A program made the translations under genes and the position numbers. 64,000 nucleotides of DNA from NCBI GenBank assembly GCA_003211835.1, contig QCRN01000001.1:3134-67133 (forward strand), given 5' to 3'. Positions within the stretch are counted from its first letter, which is position 1, and each line of letters starts with the position of its first letter. This DNA comes from Pelagibacteraceae bacterium AG-461-B04. GTDB lineage: Bacteria > Pseudomonadota > Alphaproteobacteria > Pelagibacterales > AG-422-B15. Under the pieces are notes generated by a model that saw nothing but the letters and a program-made list of their open reading frames with translations, was not told where the DNA came from and ran no database searches. Positions 28,384 to 42,025 of the stretch are shown one piece after another.

Positions 28384-29199
28384 ATGGAGAAAATTATCTT
28401 AGTATATTATGGAGGATTAAAAAATCATATTATATTTAATCATTTGCTCAATAAATTTCCAGAAAAAATAGACTGTGTAATAAATACATCAATATCTCCT
28501 AAGAAAAATGGGCGAATCAACTTCAAAGCATACTCAAATTTATTTAAATCTGATTTGAAATTTATATCATTTATTTTTTTAATAACTTATTTCTCCAATT
28601 TTATTATGTTTTTTTTTAATAATATAAAGCGCACATGCAAACTTAAAAAAATAAAATTTATAAAGTCTAATAAATTTGATTATGAATTTATAAAAGAATC
28701 AAATTTGAATAAAAATGCTACAATTTTTTATTCCGGCGTGGAAATAGTAGAAGAGAATGTAATCAATTATTTTGGTAATAATATAATAGGTTTTCATGAG
28801 GCAGAACTTCCTTATATGCGTGGTTCGGCTCTTTATTTTTGGTATTTCTTAATTCCTGATTTTAAATATGCTTGCTGCTCATTACAGAAGATCGGCAGAG
28901 GTATAGACACCGGAAAAGCAATTAAGTTCACTGATAAAATTGAAATAAAAAAATGTAAAAGTGTCGTTGATCTTTGGTTAAAACTACTTCAGTCTTATAG
29001 GCATACTATCATTGAACTAATAGATGAACTTGAGAGAGATAATAACACTCTATACAAATTTGAAAAGAATATCACAGAAACAGCAAAAATATATTTAAAA
29101 ACTTTTCCTAAAAATGAACACGTAAAAAGTCTAAAAAAAAATGGCATTCCTTTAATTAAAATAAAAGACTTAAAACAATTATTTAACGAAATAAATTAG
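28384..29199 (+). CDS. formyltransferase-fold (Formyl_trans_N-like) protein, putative sugar N-acyl/formyltransferase
   Basis: 'IIGFHEAELPYMRGSA' aligns with 'N.H.SLLP..RG', and 'IGRGIDTGKAI' aligns with 'MD.GLDTG' of Fmt/ArnA-N. The catalytic Asn position is Gly. Confidence 0.5.
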   Translation: MEKIILVYYGGLKNHIIFNHLLNKFPEKIDCVINTSISPKKNGRINFKAYSNLFKSDLKFISFIFLITYFSNFIMFFFNNIKRTCKLKKIKFIKSNKFDYEFIKESNLNKNATIFYSGVEIVEENVINYFGNNIIGFHEAELPYMRGSALYFWYFLIPDFKYACCSLQKIGRGIDTGKAIKFTDKIEIKKCKSVVDLWLKLLQSYRHTIIELIDELERDNNTLYKFEKNITETAKIYLKTFPKNEHVKSLKKNGIPLIKIKDLKQLFNEIN

Positions 29200-29201
29200 T
29201 T

Positions 29202-30152
29202 GTGAATAAATTAGGTAATTTCAAGAAAAAGATATTACTGATTGGAGGTGATGGATTTATTGGTCAATCATTAGCGGTTAAAATATCTACTGATTTTAAA
29301 AATCAAAAAATTTATGTTTTAGATAAAAAATTCAATAATTGGAGTTATAAAAAGAATAATAAAAACATTAAGTTTATTAAATGTAATATTAATAATACAT
29401 CAAAATATAAATCTATCTTAAAAAATTCTGACATTATAGTTGACTGTATTGGTTCCACTAATCACAATTTTTTAGAACAGAAACATATAGAAATTGATTT
29501 AAAAGCAAACTTATCAGATAAAATTCCATTGCTCTATGAACTACAAAAGATAAAAAAACCAATTCTCTACATAAGCTTAGGTACGTTATTTAAATACGGA
29601 ACCAAAAAAAAAATAAATAATATAGAAAATAAAAATAATATTCGCCAGCATGACATTCAATCTATAAATAAAGTTGCCTTTGAAAATTATCTTAAAATTT
29701 TAACGAGGCAAAATAATTTTTTATTTGTAAAAATTTTAAATATTGGAAGTGTATATGGGTATCACAATAATAAAGACAGAGGACTAGTAAACTCTCTAAT
29801 AATTGACTTCATAAATAATAAAACAATTGATTATTTCTATTCCTCAAACTCTAATAGGTACAAGAATATCATTTATATTGATAATTTAGTCAAAGAGATA
29901 GTTAGTCATACTTCATTTGTAAAAAATATGAACAACTTTTATGAAAAAAATGTTTTAGGGGATTTAATTAATATGGATGATTTAATAAATTATCTTAAAT
30001 TCTTATTTCCAGATGTTAAGATAAATTACATCAAAAAAGATCCTCGAACTTTTTTGTACTATTATAAGAAACGACTTATAGTCTCTAAAATTTCTAAAAA
30101 GATAATAGATGAAAGTATAGAAAGATTTCAGAAAAAAAATTATAAATCATAA
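29202..30152 (+). CDS. NAD-dependent epimerase/dehydratase family protein (extended SDR)
   Basis: 'ILLIGGDGFIGQSL'. GTG start 2 nt after the upstream stop. Active-site Tyr assignment is ambiguous by eye. Confidence 0.6.
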   Translation: MNKLGNFKKKILLIGGDGFIGQSLAVKISTDFKNQKIYVLDKKFNNWSYKKNNKNIKFIKCNINNTSKYKSILKNSDIIVDCIGSTNHNFLEQKHIEIDLKANLSDKIPLLYELQKIKKPILYISLGTLFKYGTKKKINNIENKNNIRQHDIQSINKVAFENYLKILTRQNNFLFVKILNIGSVYGYHNNKDRGLVNSLIIDFINNKTIDYFYSSNSNRYKNIIYIDNLVKEIVSHTSFVKNMNNFYEKNVLGDLINMDDLINYLKFLFPDVKINYIKKDPRTFLYYYKKRLIVSKISKKIIDESIERFQKKNYKS

Positions 30153-30159
30153 AAAATTA

Positions 30160-31809
30160 ATGACAAAAAACCAAATAAAAGAAGTAAAAATCTTTTTCTT
30201 AATTTTTATTCTTTCATGTTCATTAGCCTATTATCTTCTTGGAGATAATCTTAATTCAAAATTTTCGATCATAGATGACCACCAAGTAATTGAGAATATT
30301 GAAAAGAGTAATCAATTTAATTTCTCAAGTTTATGGAATAAATTCATTAATGATGATGAATTAAATTCAATAACGGGAAGATACAGACCTTCTTGGCAAT
30401 TTATGCATCTGGTTGAAATTCATTTGTTTGGTGATAATGTTTTTTATTATTATTTACTTAGATTAATTGTTTTTTCATTTTTTATTTCAATAATTGCTTA
30501 CCTCTTGTATGGGAAAGTGGGAGCAATCTATGGATCATTAATTTCAATTATTGTTTTGTCAGAAATCTATTGGCACGACATTTTTTCTAGAATAATTGTT
30601 TCAGAAGTCCATGTTATTCTTGGATTAGTTTTTTTTATACCATCAAGTTTCTATATTTATAATTTTATTAAATCTCGAATAAAAAGTAATCCATATACTT
30701 TATTATGTTTTGCGCTAATTTTTTTGTTATCTGGTATGTATATATCAGGATCCAAGGAAAATTTTATTTTTATATCATTAATACCCATTTTTATTCTTTT
30801 TCAAGCATACAAAAAAAATAACAAAAATTTGCTTATTTGGGTACCTAGCCTTTCTCTAGTGATCTTTAGTATATGGATATTTATTAGGACTATCTTGTTC
30901 TTTCTTTTAGATCTGTTTCCCTATGAAGATCAAGGTAATGTAAAATCTGGTTTTGGGAATTTTTCTTATGAGGGAGCTCTTCATATATTTGATAGCTTAA
31001 TTAATATTCTTTTTTACAACTGGTATGCAATATATTTATTTATTCCTCACATAATAATTTTGTTTTTGGGATTCAGTAAATATAAAAGTATTAATTTAAA
31101 AAAAATTACATTAGAAAATTTATATTTAAATTTTTTATTAATTGTTCTTTTAGTATTACAAATTGCATTCTATTCCGGGTCAACAATTCCATCTGATACT
31201 AGGTATGATTTCCCTTCATCAATATTCTTTATTATCTATCTTTCCTCAATAATCTTGTATTATAAAAAAATATTTGTTTTAACTAATGCCTGGAATCTTA
31301 TGAGTAAAAGTTTTCTAGCATTCATTATAATTTTTTTTATTTATCAAAAAAGTCCCTTATCAACACTTCAAGATATTCAAATCAGTGGATTAAATCACAA
31401 ACAAAATACCATACAATTTAACGACTTTTTAAATGATTTAAAAATTATATCAGAAAAAAATCCTGAATTTCCAATCGTTGTTAATAGCTTTAATGTCTGG
31501 GACTATGAACTTATAAGTTCTCTTTTTAAGTTTATTAAATATTTTGAAATTAAAAATAAGATTTCATTAAAATTACATTACGGTGAATCAGATTATGCTA
31601 CAGAAGTTGAAAAAATATTTGTTAAAAGATTAGAAAGTGTTAGTAAAAATGACAGTTACTGGAAACCGCAAAATTACAAGAATGAATGGGGATATGATTC
31701 TTTTGAAGTAAATAACTCTGAATATAAATGCATATCAATTAATATTAGATACAATGTAGATGAGAGTAATTGTTTAGTAAAATCTGAACTAAAATTTAAC
31801 GGAAGATAG
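30160..31809 (+). CDS. polytopic membrane protein with C-terminal soluble domain, ArnT/GT-C-like (putative)
   Basis: 549 aa. About 11-13 hydrophobic helices followed by a ~150-aa hydrophilic C-terminal domain. An acidic 'IIDDHQ' and 'GRYRP' sit in the first extracytoplasmic loop. Confidence 0.5.
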   Translation: MTKNQIKEVKIFFLIFILSCSLAYYLLGDNLNSKFSIIDDHQVIENIEKSNQFNFSSLWNKFINDDELNSITGRYRPSWQFMHLVEIHLFGDNVFYYYLLRLIVFSFFISIIAYLLYGKVGAIYGSLISIIVLSEIYWHDIFSRIIVSEVHVILGLVFFIPSSFYIYNFIKSRIKSNPYTLLCFALIFLLSGMYISGSKENFIFISLIPIFILFQAYKKNNKNLLIWVPSLSLVIFSIWIFIRTILFFLLDLFPYEDQGNVKSGFGNFSYEGALHIFDSLINILFYNWYAIYLFIPHIIILFLGFSKYKSINLKKITLENLYLNFLLIVLLVLQIAFYSGSTIPSDTRYDFPSSIFFIIYLSSIILYYKKIFVLTNAWNLMSKSFLAFIIIFFIYQKSPLSTLQDIQISGLNHKQNTIQFNDFLNDLKIISEKNPEFPIVVNSFNVWDYELISSLFKFIKYFEIKNKISLKLHYGESDYATEVEKIFVKRLESVSKNDSYWKPQNYKNEWGYDSFEVNNSEYKCISINIRYNVDESNCLVKSELKFNGR

Positions 31810-31820
31810 AATAATTTAAC

Positions 31821-31892
31821 ATGGGTAATTTCTTAATTCATATTGATGATTTTGGAAAAACTTTCTTCATTTCTAAAAGTATCCTTCACTGA
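31821..31892 (+). pseudogene. 23-codon fragment resembling the N-terminus of a YdjC/ChbG-family carbohydrate deacetylase
   Basis: 'MGNFLIHIDDFGKTFFISKSILH*' resembles the family's N-terminal 'L(I/V).NADDFG' metal-binding motif. It is followed immediately by a stop. Confidence 0.3.
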
Positions 31893-32054
31893 GTTTATGA
31901 TAGAAATGTTCTGAAAAATAACTGAAGATTCATTTGATAAAGAATTAATTTTCTAGACCGACGTTAAATACAATTTCAATACAGGAACATAATATTGTTG
32001 TTGGGGTGCTATTAGATTATTTATATCATAAAGTGACTTTTTTCACGTTTTGTA

Positions 32055-32172
32055 GACCTGGCAATGTCCTACTCTCCCATGCCTTAAGACAAAGTACCAT
32101 CGGCGCTGGAGCCCTTAACGTTCGAGTTCGAAATGGGATCGTGTGTTACCTCTCCGCTATAACCACCAGGTC
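32055..32172 (-). rRNA. rrf: 5S rRNA
   Basis: The reverse complement is collinear with E. coli 5S. The terminal helix pairs GACCTGG with CCAGGTC. 'CCATCGGCGCT' and 'GTTCGAAATGGGA' blocks are present. Confidence 0.9.
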
Positions 32173-32265
32173 AACAAAACGTGAAATCAATACCAAATAA
32201 TATTTTATTAATTATTCTATCTTTGTGCTGCTTGAATATTACTAGTTTGTTTCTAGTACATAGAA

Positions 32266-34991
<2,726 letters not shown>

Positions 34992-34999
<8 letters not shown>

Positions 35000-35022
35000 A
35001 TTCTATGTACAAAAAACAAACT
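34992..35022 (-). promoter_or_regulatory. 23S precursor processing stem, 5' half (pairs with 32244-32273)
   Basis: Plus-strand 34992-35022 'gcttgattattctatgtacaaaaaacaaact' is an imperfect reverse complement of 32244-32273 'agtttgtttctagtacatagaaaatcaagc'. The two halves bracket the mature 23S, as expected for an RNase III-type stem. Confidence 0.7.
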
Positions 35023-35125
35023 TATATGTCTTTTGCAACACTTAGATATTTTGAATTCTCAATAAAAATTTTATTAATTTAGTATTGATGTCACTTCACG
35101 ATGTAAATGGAAAAGCTTAAAACTT

Positions 35126-35201
35126 TGGTGGAGCTGACCGGGATCGAACCGGTGACCCCCTGCTTGCAAAGCAGGTGCTCTCCCAGCTGAGCTACAGCCC
35201 C
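35126..35201 (-). tRNA. tRNA-Ala (anticodon UGC)
   Basis: Reverse complement 'GGGGCTGTAGCTCAGCTGGGAGAGCACCTGCTTTGCAAGCAGGGGGTCACCGGTTCGATCCCGGTCAGCTCCACCA', with the G3:U70 identity pair. Confidence 0.95.
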
Positions 35202-35217
35202 AAGAGAAACCACGTCA

Positions 35218-35295
<78 letters not shown>

Positions 35296-35408
35296 AAACG
35301 TAGGCTTTATAGTTTTAAACAATGAAAGAGAAACGAGGACGGTAAGCCACATATAATTACTAAGTTAAAAATTTCTTAAGTTCAGAAGAACTCAAAAAAT
35401 GACTCTTA

Positions 35409-36897
<1,489 letters not shown>

Positions 36898-36989
36898 TAA
36901 ACACGACGCACACAAACTTATTGGCGGAGTTACATAATCTAAATTATGTAATCCAAATAAAACGTGTACGATTATTCTGTACTGCGGAA

Positions 36990-37011
36990 TTACCGCCCAC
37001 GTTTCTCTTTC
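36990..37011 (-). promoter_or_regulatory. 16S precursor processing stem, 5' half (pairs with 35324-35346 in the 16S/tRNA-Ile spacer)
   Basis: The reverse complement of 36990-37011 (gaaagagaaacgtgggcggtaa) matches 35324-35346 (gaaagagaaacgaggacggtaag) at 20/22 positions. In RNA this gives 20 Watson-Crick pairs, 1 G-U and 1 mismatch, bracketing the 16S. Confidence 0.7.
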
Positions 37012-37120
37012 AATTTACTTTTCCAATAGCATAATCGCGCAAGCAAGTGATATTTTTCCAAAGGAAAAATAAAAAATGCCAGATTGATTATATTAAGACT
37101 AAAATAGTCATATGCCGCAG

Positions 37121-37180
37121 GTTCAGAGCATCACCGAACAAGGGTGAACGTTTTTTTATTGTATTGAGCCAAAAAGTCAA
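37121..37180 (-). promoter_or_regulatory. candidate rrn promoter and boxA-like antitermination element
   Basis: On the minus strand: TTGACT (37175-37180), a 16-nt spacer, TAAAAA (37153-37158), then 'TGCTCTGAAC' (37121-37130), which resembles boxA TGCTCTTTAACA. All lie upstream of the 16S processing stem. Weak, from pattern only. Confidence 0.3.
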
Positions 37181-37335
37181 GCATCAAACGTAAAATTACC
37201 CTGAAAATAAGCACTTTTCACTCACATATAATACCCAATAATATCAATGAGATAGAGTTTGTAAAATCATTTTGGTTCTTAGAGTTAATATTAGTGATGT
37301 CATAAAATATAAATTCTTTATATGAAGAAGAGAAA

Positions 37336-38598
37336 ATGTATCTATTGAACAAAAAAATCTTAGTTTTTGTATTTGGTCTGATTCTTATTATTGCGATCGC
37401 TTATTATTTATCAGTATCTTTTAACGACAAAAATGACATCCAAATACCAAAAGAAACAATTCAAATTCAAAAGAACCACTCTGAAAAAAAAGATAGCTTA
37501 GACTTATTCTTTTCGTTTCTCGAGTACTATGAACTTGAGGAGGGCGACACATTCATCAGCACTCTCAAAAAAACTAACCTTAATAACAGAGAAATCGATC
37601 AATTAATTACAGCTGCAAGAGATGTAATGAATATAAACCAATTAAGAATCGGAACACGCATAGAAATAATTTCTGATCTTATAAAAGAGGAAAGAATTGT
37701 TAAAGAAATTGTAATTTATCCTGATAGTGAAGAAAATATATCAGTATTAAGAATAAACGATAAATTTACAGTGCGTAAAGATATAAAAACGCTCTACTCG
37801 GAACTCGTATTCCATGAAATTGAAATAGATAAAAGTATCTACTCATCACTTAAAAATATTAACGTACCAGATAATATAATTATGTCGTTTGTAAAACTTT
37901 TTAGTTTTGATATTGATTTTCAAAGAGACATTAGAAATAAAAATAAAATAAATATTCTATTTGAACAATTTAAAGATAAGGATGGCGAATTAGTCAAAAC
38001 AGGTTCCATTTTTTTTGCAGAAATTATTCTAACGAAAGATAGTTACGAACTTTATAAATTCGAAGAAAATAATTATATTGAATATTTTAACAGTGAAGGC
38101 AAAAGTGCCACAAAAGCGCTAATGAAAACTCCAATAAATGGCGCGAGATTATCATCAGCTTACGGTATGAGAAAGCACCCTATCCTGGGATATAATAAAA
38201 AGCACATGGGCGTTGACTTTGCTGCCCCAATAGGTACTCCAATCATGGCTGCTGGAACAGGACATATTGAATACGTTGGTACCAATGGTGGTGCTGGAAA
38301 ATATATTCGAATTAAACACTTGAATGGCTATAAAACTAGCTATTCTCATCTCAGTGGTTATGCTTCTGGAATACAAAAAAATGTTCGGGTCAGGCAAGGT
38401 CAAACTATCGGTTATGTGGGGAGTACAGGATTATCAACTGGTCCGCATCTTCATTATGAAGTTATATTTAATGGTGAAAAAATTAATCCAATGAAAATGA
38501 AACTTCCATCAGGTAAAAAATTAAAAGGGATGAATTTGAATAACTTTCTCACAGAAAGAGATAGGATAAATAATGAGATTTCAAAAATTAAGAATTAG
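37336..38598 (+). CDS. M23-family murein endopeptidase (MepM-like) with N-terminal membrane anchor
   Basis: 'HMGVDFAAPIGTPIMAAGTG', 'GYVGSTGLSTGPHLHYEV'. N-terminal TM helix. LysM/OapA-like segment 'EEGDTFISTL'. Confidence 0.85.
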   Translation: MYLLNKKILVFVFGLILIIAIAYYLSVSFNDKNDIQIPKETIQIQKNHSEKKDSLDLFFSFLEYYELEEGDTFISTLKKTNLNNREIDQLITAARDVMNINQLRIGTRIEIISDLIKEERIVKEIVIYPDSEENISVLRINDKFTVRKDIKTLYSELVFHEIEIDKSIYSSLKNINVPDNIIMSFVKLFSFDIDFQRDIRNKNKINILFEQFKDKDGELVKTGSIFFAEIILTKDSYELYKFEENNYIEYFNSEGKSATKALMKTPINGARLSSAYGMRKHPILGYNKKHMGVDFAAPIGTPIMAAGTGHIEYVGTNGGAGKYIRIKHLNGYKTSYSHLSGYASGIQKNVRVRQGQTIGYVGSTGLSTGPHLHYEVIFNGEKINPMKMKLPSGKKLKGMNLNNFLTERDRINNEISKIKN

Positions 38599-38929
38599 CT
38601 TCTTCTATAGCTTTAGCGGGATCTAAAGTTTCTACATGAACAGTTTTCTCATCTGTGGATACACTTTTAGTAGCTTTTGCCTCACCGTTGCCATTATTTC
38701 TATCTTGACGATCATTTATTAAACGGCTGTAATGCTCGGCATGCTGTAAATAATTTTCAGCACCTACATGATCTCCTGAAGCAGCTGCATCTTTTGCTAG
38801 GACTTTATATTTTTCAAGCACTGTAGATAGATTTCCTCTTACGCGAGTAGAGCTATTGCCATTAACAAAACTATCACCTGAATGTCTATTATTTGACCTT
38901 TTGAAAGGTCTAGTTCTTCTATTTTTCAC
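38588..38929 (-). CDS. DUF4167-family protein (conserved alphaproteobacterial)
   Basis: Basic N-terminus followed by 'KYKVLAKDAAASGDHVGAENYLQHAEHYSRL', characteristic of DUF4167. Confidence 0.65.
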   Translation of the reverse strand: MKNRRTRPFKRSNNRHSGDSFVNGNSSTRVRGNLSTVLEKYKVLAKDAAASGDHVGAENYLQHAEHYSRLINDRQDRNNGNGEAKATKSVSTDEKTVHVETLDPAKAIEEANS

Positions 38930-39031
38930 TTTGAAAATTAATTCCTAAATATAATTGGAAATTTTTTATTTAATTCTTCTAAAAGAATGTTGGTAAATTA
39001 GTGTTTACTATAAAAATAATCAAGTTTTTAT

Positions 39032-39880
39032 TTAATTACTTTCAGCAATAATACATCTAGGAATATTTGATATATCATTTTTTATTGAAATAACCTTAAA
39101 GTTATTGTTTTTCAATATCTTAACCACTCCTTCATGTTGATTTATTCCTACTTCTAAGAATAAATATTGCTTCCTCTTTATCTGTTTAGCTAAATTCTCG
39201 ATTATATTTCTGTAAAAATAAAGTCCTTTTTCATCTGCAAATAATGCTCTTATTGGCTCAAAATTTCTAACATCTATCATAATGTTATCTTTTTCTTCAA
39301 ATGGAATGTATGGCGGGTTACTTATTACAATGTCAAATGAACTGGTATCAAAATTAGAAAAATCCCTTTCTAAAAATTTTAACCTTTCTTTATTTAATAA
39401 AAATTCTTTATTTTTTTCTGAAACCTTTATAGCTTCTTTATCAATTTCGATACCTGTTCCCACGCTTGACAAATATTCATTTAACAAAGAAATAATCAAG
39501 CATCCAGATCCAGAACCAAGATCTAAAAAGTTATAAGATTTTTTAAAATCAGGAAAATACTCAATGACTGATTCAATTAATAATTCACTATCTGATCTTG
39601 GAATGAGAACAGAATAATCAACATAAAAATCATTTTTCCAAAATGATTTTGTATTCGTTATGTAAGCTATTGGCTCTGAATTTTTTCTTCTATTAATTAG
39701 TTGTTCAAAATTTTTTAAATCCTTTTCACATACTTTTTTATTATTAGCTAAATTTATTTCTTCATTACTCAATCCAAGTACATGTGATAGAAGTAACTTT
39801 TTCTCAGAAACTGAAATAGAATTCTTTGATGAATACAAAATCTCATTTATTGTTGTCATTTTAGTTACTCTGATCTGCAA
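39032..39880 (-). CDS. prmC: release-factor glutamine N5-methyltransferase
   Basis: 'DLGSGSGC' SAM motif and 'ISNPPYI' (NPPY). Directly downstream of prfA. Alternative start at 39859 ('MTTINE'). Confidence 0.88.
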   Translation of the reverse strand: MQIRVTKMTTINEILYSSKNSISVSEKKLLLSHVLGLSNEEINLANNKKVCEKDLKNFEQLINRRKNSEPIAYITNTKSFWKNDFYVDYSVLIPRSDSELLIESVIEYFPDFKKSYNFLDLGSGSGCLIISLLNEYLSSVGTGIEIDKEAIKVSEKNKEFLLNKERLKFLERDFSNFDTSSFDIVISNPPYIPFEEKDNIMIDVRNFEPIRALFADEKGLYFYRNIIENLAKQIKRKQYLFLEVGINQHEGVVKILKNNNFKVISIKNDISNIPRCIIAESN

Positions 39881-40910
39881 TAATTAAATTTGAGATCACT
39901 TCTTCAAGACCTGATGCATTCAAAATCTGCTCAAGTTTATACAACGTTAAATTAATTCTATGATCTGTAACTCTTCCTTGAGGGAAGTTATAAGTCCTAA
40001 TTCTCTCAGATCTATCCCCTGAACCAATCTGAGATTTTCTCTTATCTGCGATATCATCTTCTTGTTTTTTTCTCTCATGATCGTAAAGTCTTGTTTTTAA
40101 TACAAGCATAGCTTTTGCTTTATTTTTGTGTTGTGATTTCTCATCCTGCTGTTGTACGACAATTCCTGATGGCAGATGAGTAATTCTAACTGCACTATCA
40201 GTAGTATTTACATGTTGGCCTCCAGCTCCACTTGAGCGAAATACATCAACCCTAATATCTTTTTCGTCAATTTGAATATCAACATCCTCAGCTTCAGGCA
40301 ATACTACAACACTGGCTGCAGATGTATGAACTCTTCCTTGAGACTCAGTTTCAGGAACCCTTTGGACCCTATGAACACCAGACTCAAACTTCAGTTTTGA
40401 ATAGACACTCTGCCCTGATATTTTCGCTATAACCTCTTTCATGCCTCCTTTCTCAGAATCAGAAACAGACAAATAATCGACTTTCCAATTTTGGTCCTCC
40501 GCATATCGCTGGTACATGCGCAATAGTTCATTTGCAAATAAAGCCGCTTCATCTCCACCTGTTCCAGCCCTGATTTCAAGAATTACATCTTTTTGGTCTA
40601 ATGGATCTTTAGGAATTAATAATTGTTTTAAAGATTCTTCTGATAATTGAAGATTTAATTTTAAGTTACCAATCTCAGATTTTGCGATTTCTATTAGATC
40701 GTTATCATTTCCGTCTAGAACTGCATTTAAATCTTCATGCTCTTTGAGCAGAGATAAATAAATATTTATTTGTTCCGCTAAAGGTTTAATTTCTGCGTAT
40801 TCCTTTGAAATTGACACATATTTTTCTTTATCATTTACTGCAGTAGTTAGCTCTTTTTCTAAAGAATTAAATTTATTTAATATTTTATCTAATTCGTCTC
40901 GCTTAATCAT
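39861..40910 (-). CDS. prfA: peptide chain release factor 1
   Basis: '[19 protein letters not shown]' (GGQ) and '[17 protein letters not shown]' (PxT tripeptide region). Confidence 0.95.
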   Translation of the reverse strand: MIKRDELDKILNKFNSLEKELTTAVNDKEKYVSISKEYAEIKPLAEQINIYLSLLKEHEDLNAVLDGNDNDLIEIAKSEIGNLKLNLQLSEESLKQLLIPKDPLDQKDVILEIRAGTGGDEAALFANELLRMYQRYAEDQNWKVDYLSVSDSEKGGMKEVIAKISGQSVYSKLKFESGVHRVQRVPETESQGRVHTSAASVVVLPEAEDVDIQIDEKDIRVDVFRSSGAGGQHVNTTDSAVRITHLPSGIVVQQQDEKSQHKNKAKAMLVLKTRLYDHERKKQEDDIADKRKSQIGSGDRSERIRTYNFPQGRVTDHRINLTLYKLEQILNASGLEEVISNLIIADQSN

Positions 40911-41994
40911 TTATTGTTCTAACTTTTTGCTCAACAAGCTCAACTACGTGGTCAACAATTTCAGGATTGGTAATTTTATGATCTGCAACACCTGACAAAT
41001 AAATCATATTATTGCCCTTACCTCCTCCAGTAAGGCCAATGTCACTTTTGAGTGCCTCTCCTGGACCGTTAACAACACATCCAATAATTGAAAGTGTGAG
41101 AGGTGTTTTTATATGTGCAAGTCTTTGTTCTAACTTCTTGACCGTTTCAATGACTGGGAAAGCTTGTCTAGCACATGAAGGACAAGATATAATCTTTATT
41201 CCTCTTGAACCTAAATCTAAGCTTTTCAATATTTCATAACCAACTTTAATTTCTTCTACTGGATCAGCAGTAAGTGATACTCTTATCGTATCTCCAATGC
41301 CTTTTGATAAAAGATTACCAATGCTTATCGAGGATTTAATTGAACCAGATAAGTAAGTGCCTGCCTCGGTTAGCCCAACATGAAATGGATAATCACATAA
41401 TTGAGCAAGCTTTTCGTATGACTCAATAGTTATAAATACATCAGAAGCTTTTACGCTTATTTTAAAGTTTTCAAAATTATTATCTTCCAATAACTTTATA
41501 TTTTCTAACGCACTTTCAACCAATGCATCTGAGCATGGTTCCTTGTATTTCATTAGTATTTTTTCATCTATTGATCCTGCATTAACTCCTACTCTCATAC
41601 TTATATTGTTTTGCTTTGCAGCCTCAATCACTTCAATGATTTTTTCTTTTCCAATGTTTCCAGGATTCACTCTCAAACAGGCTGCGCCAGCTTCTGCCGC
41701 TTCTATTGCACGTTTATAATGAAAGTGTATATCTGCAACGATCGGAACACTTGATTGATTTACTACCTCTTTAAGAGACTCAGTAGACCCTCTATCTGGA
41801 CAGGAAACCCTAACAATGTCAGCACCCTCTTCAACCAATGAGTTGATTTGAGAGACTGTAGCATCAATATCTGTAGTTAAAGTATTGGTCATTGATTGAA
41901 CTGTGATTTTCGCATCTCCACCAACTTGTACATTACCAACATTAATCATTTTAGTCTTACGTCTGACTATAGTATGTTTAAAATCTTCTCTCAC
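40903..41994 (-). CDS. ispG: 4-hydroxy-3-methylbut-2-enyl diphosphate synthase
   Basis: '[15 protein letters not shown]', 'RVNPGNIG', 'CPSCAR' and '[11 protein letters not shown]' Fe-S cysteines. Confidence 0.93.
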   Translation of the reverse strand: MREDFKHTIVRRKTKMINVGNVQVGGDAKITVQSMTNTLTTDIDATVSQINSLVEEGADIVRVSCPDRGSTESLKEVVNQSSVPIVADIHFHYKRAIEAAEAGAACLRVNPGNIGKEKIIEVIEAAKQNNISMRVGVNAGSIDEKILMKYKEPCSDALVESALENIKLLEDNNFENFKISVKASDVFITIESYEKLAQLCDYPFHVGLTEAGTYLSGSIKSSISIGNLLSKGIGDTIRVSLTADPVEEIKVGYEILKSLDLGSRGIKIISCPSCARQAFPVIETVKKLEQRLAHIKTPLTLSIIGCVVNGPGEALKSDIGLTGGGKGNNMIYLSGVADHKITNPEIVDHVVELVEQKVRTIND

Positions 41995-42025
41995 AATGAA
42001 ACCTTATTAATATTTTTAAATTATA

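Noticed and set aside
32030-32054. A possible terminator hairpin downstream of 5S (gtgac-tttttt-cac)
   Set aside because: Only a 3-4 bp stem can form, which is too weak to call an intrinsic terminator.
40347-40355. The RF1 codon-recognition tripeptide reads P-E-T rather than the P-A-T or P-V-T I remember
   Set aside because: The motif is defined as PxT and the rest of RF1 is fully canonical. Without an alignment I cannot say that Glu is unusual, so I do not take it as evidence of altered stop-codon decoding.
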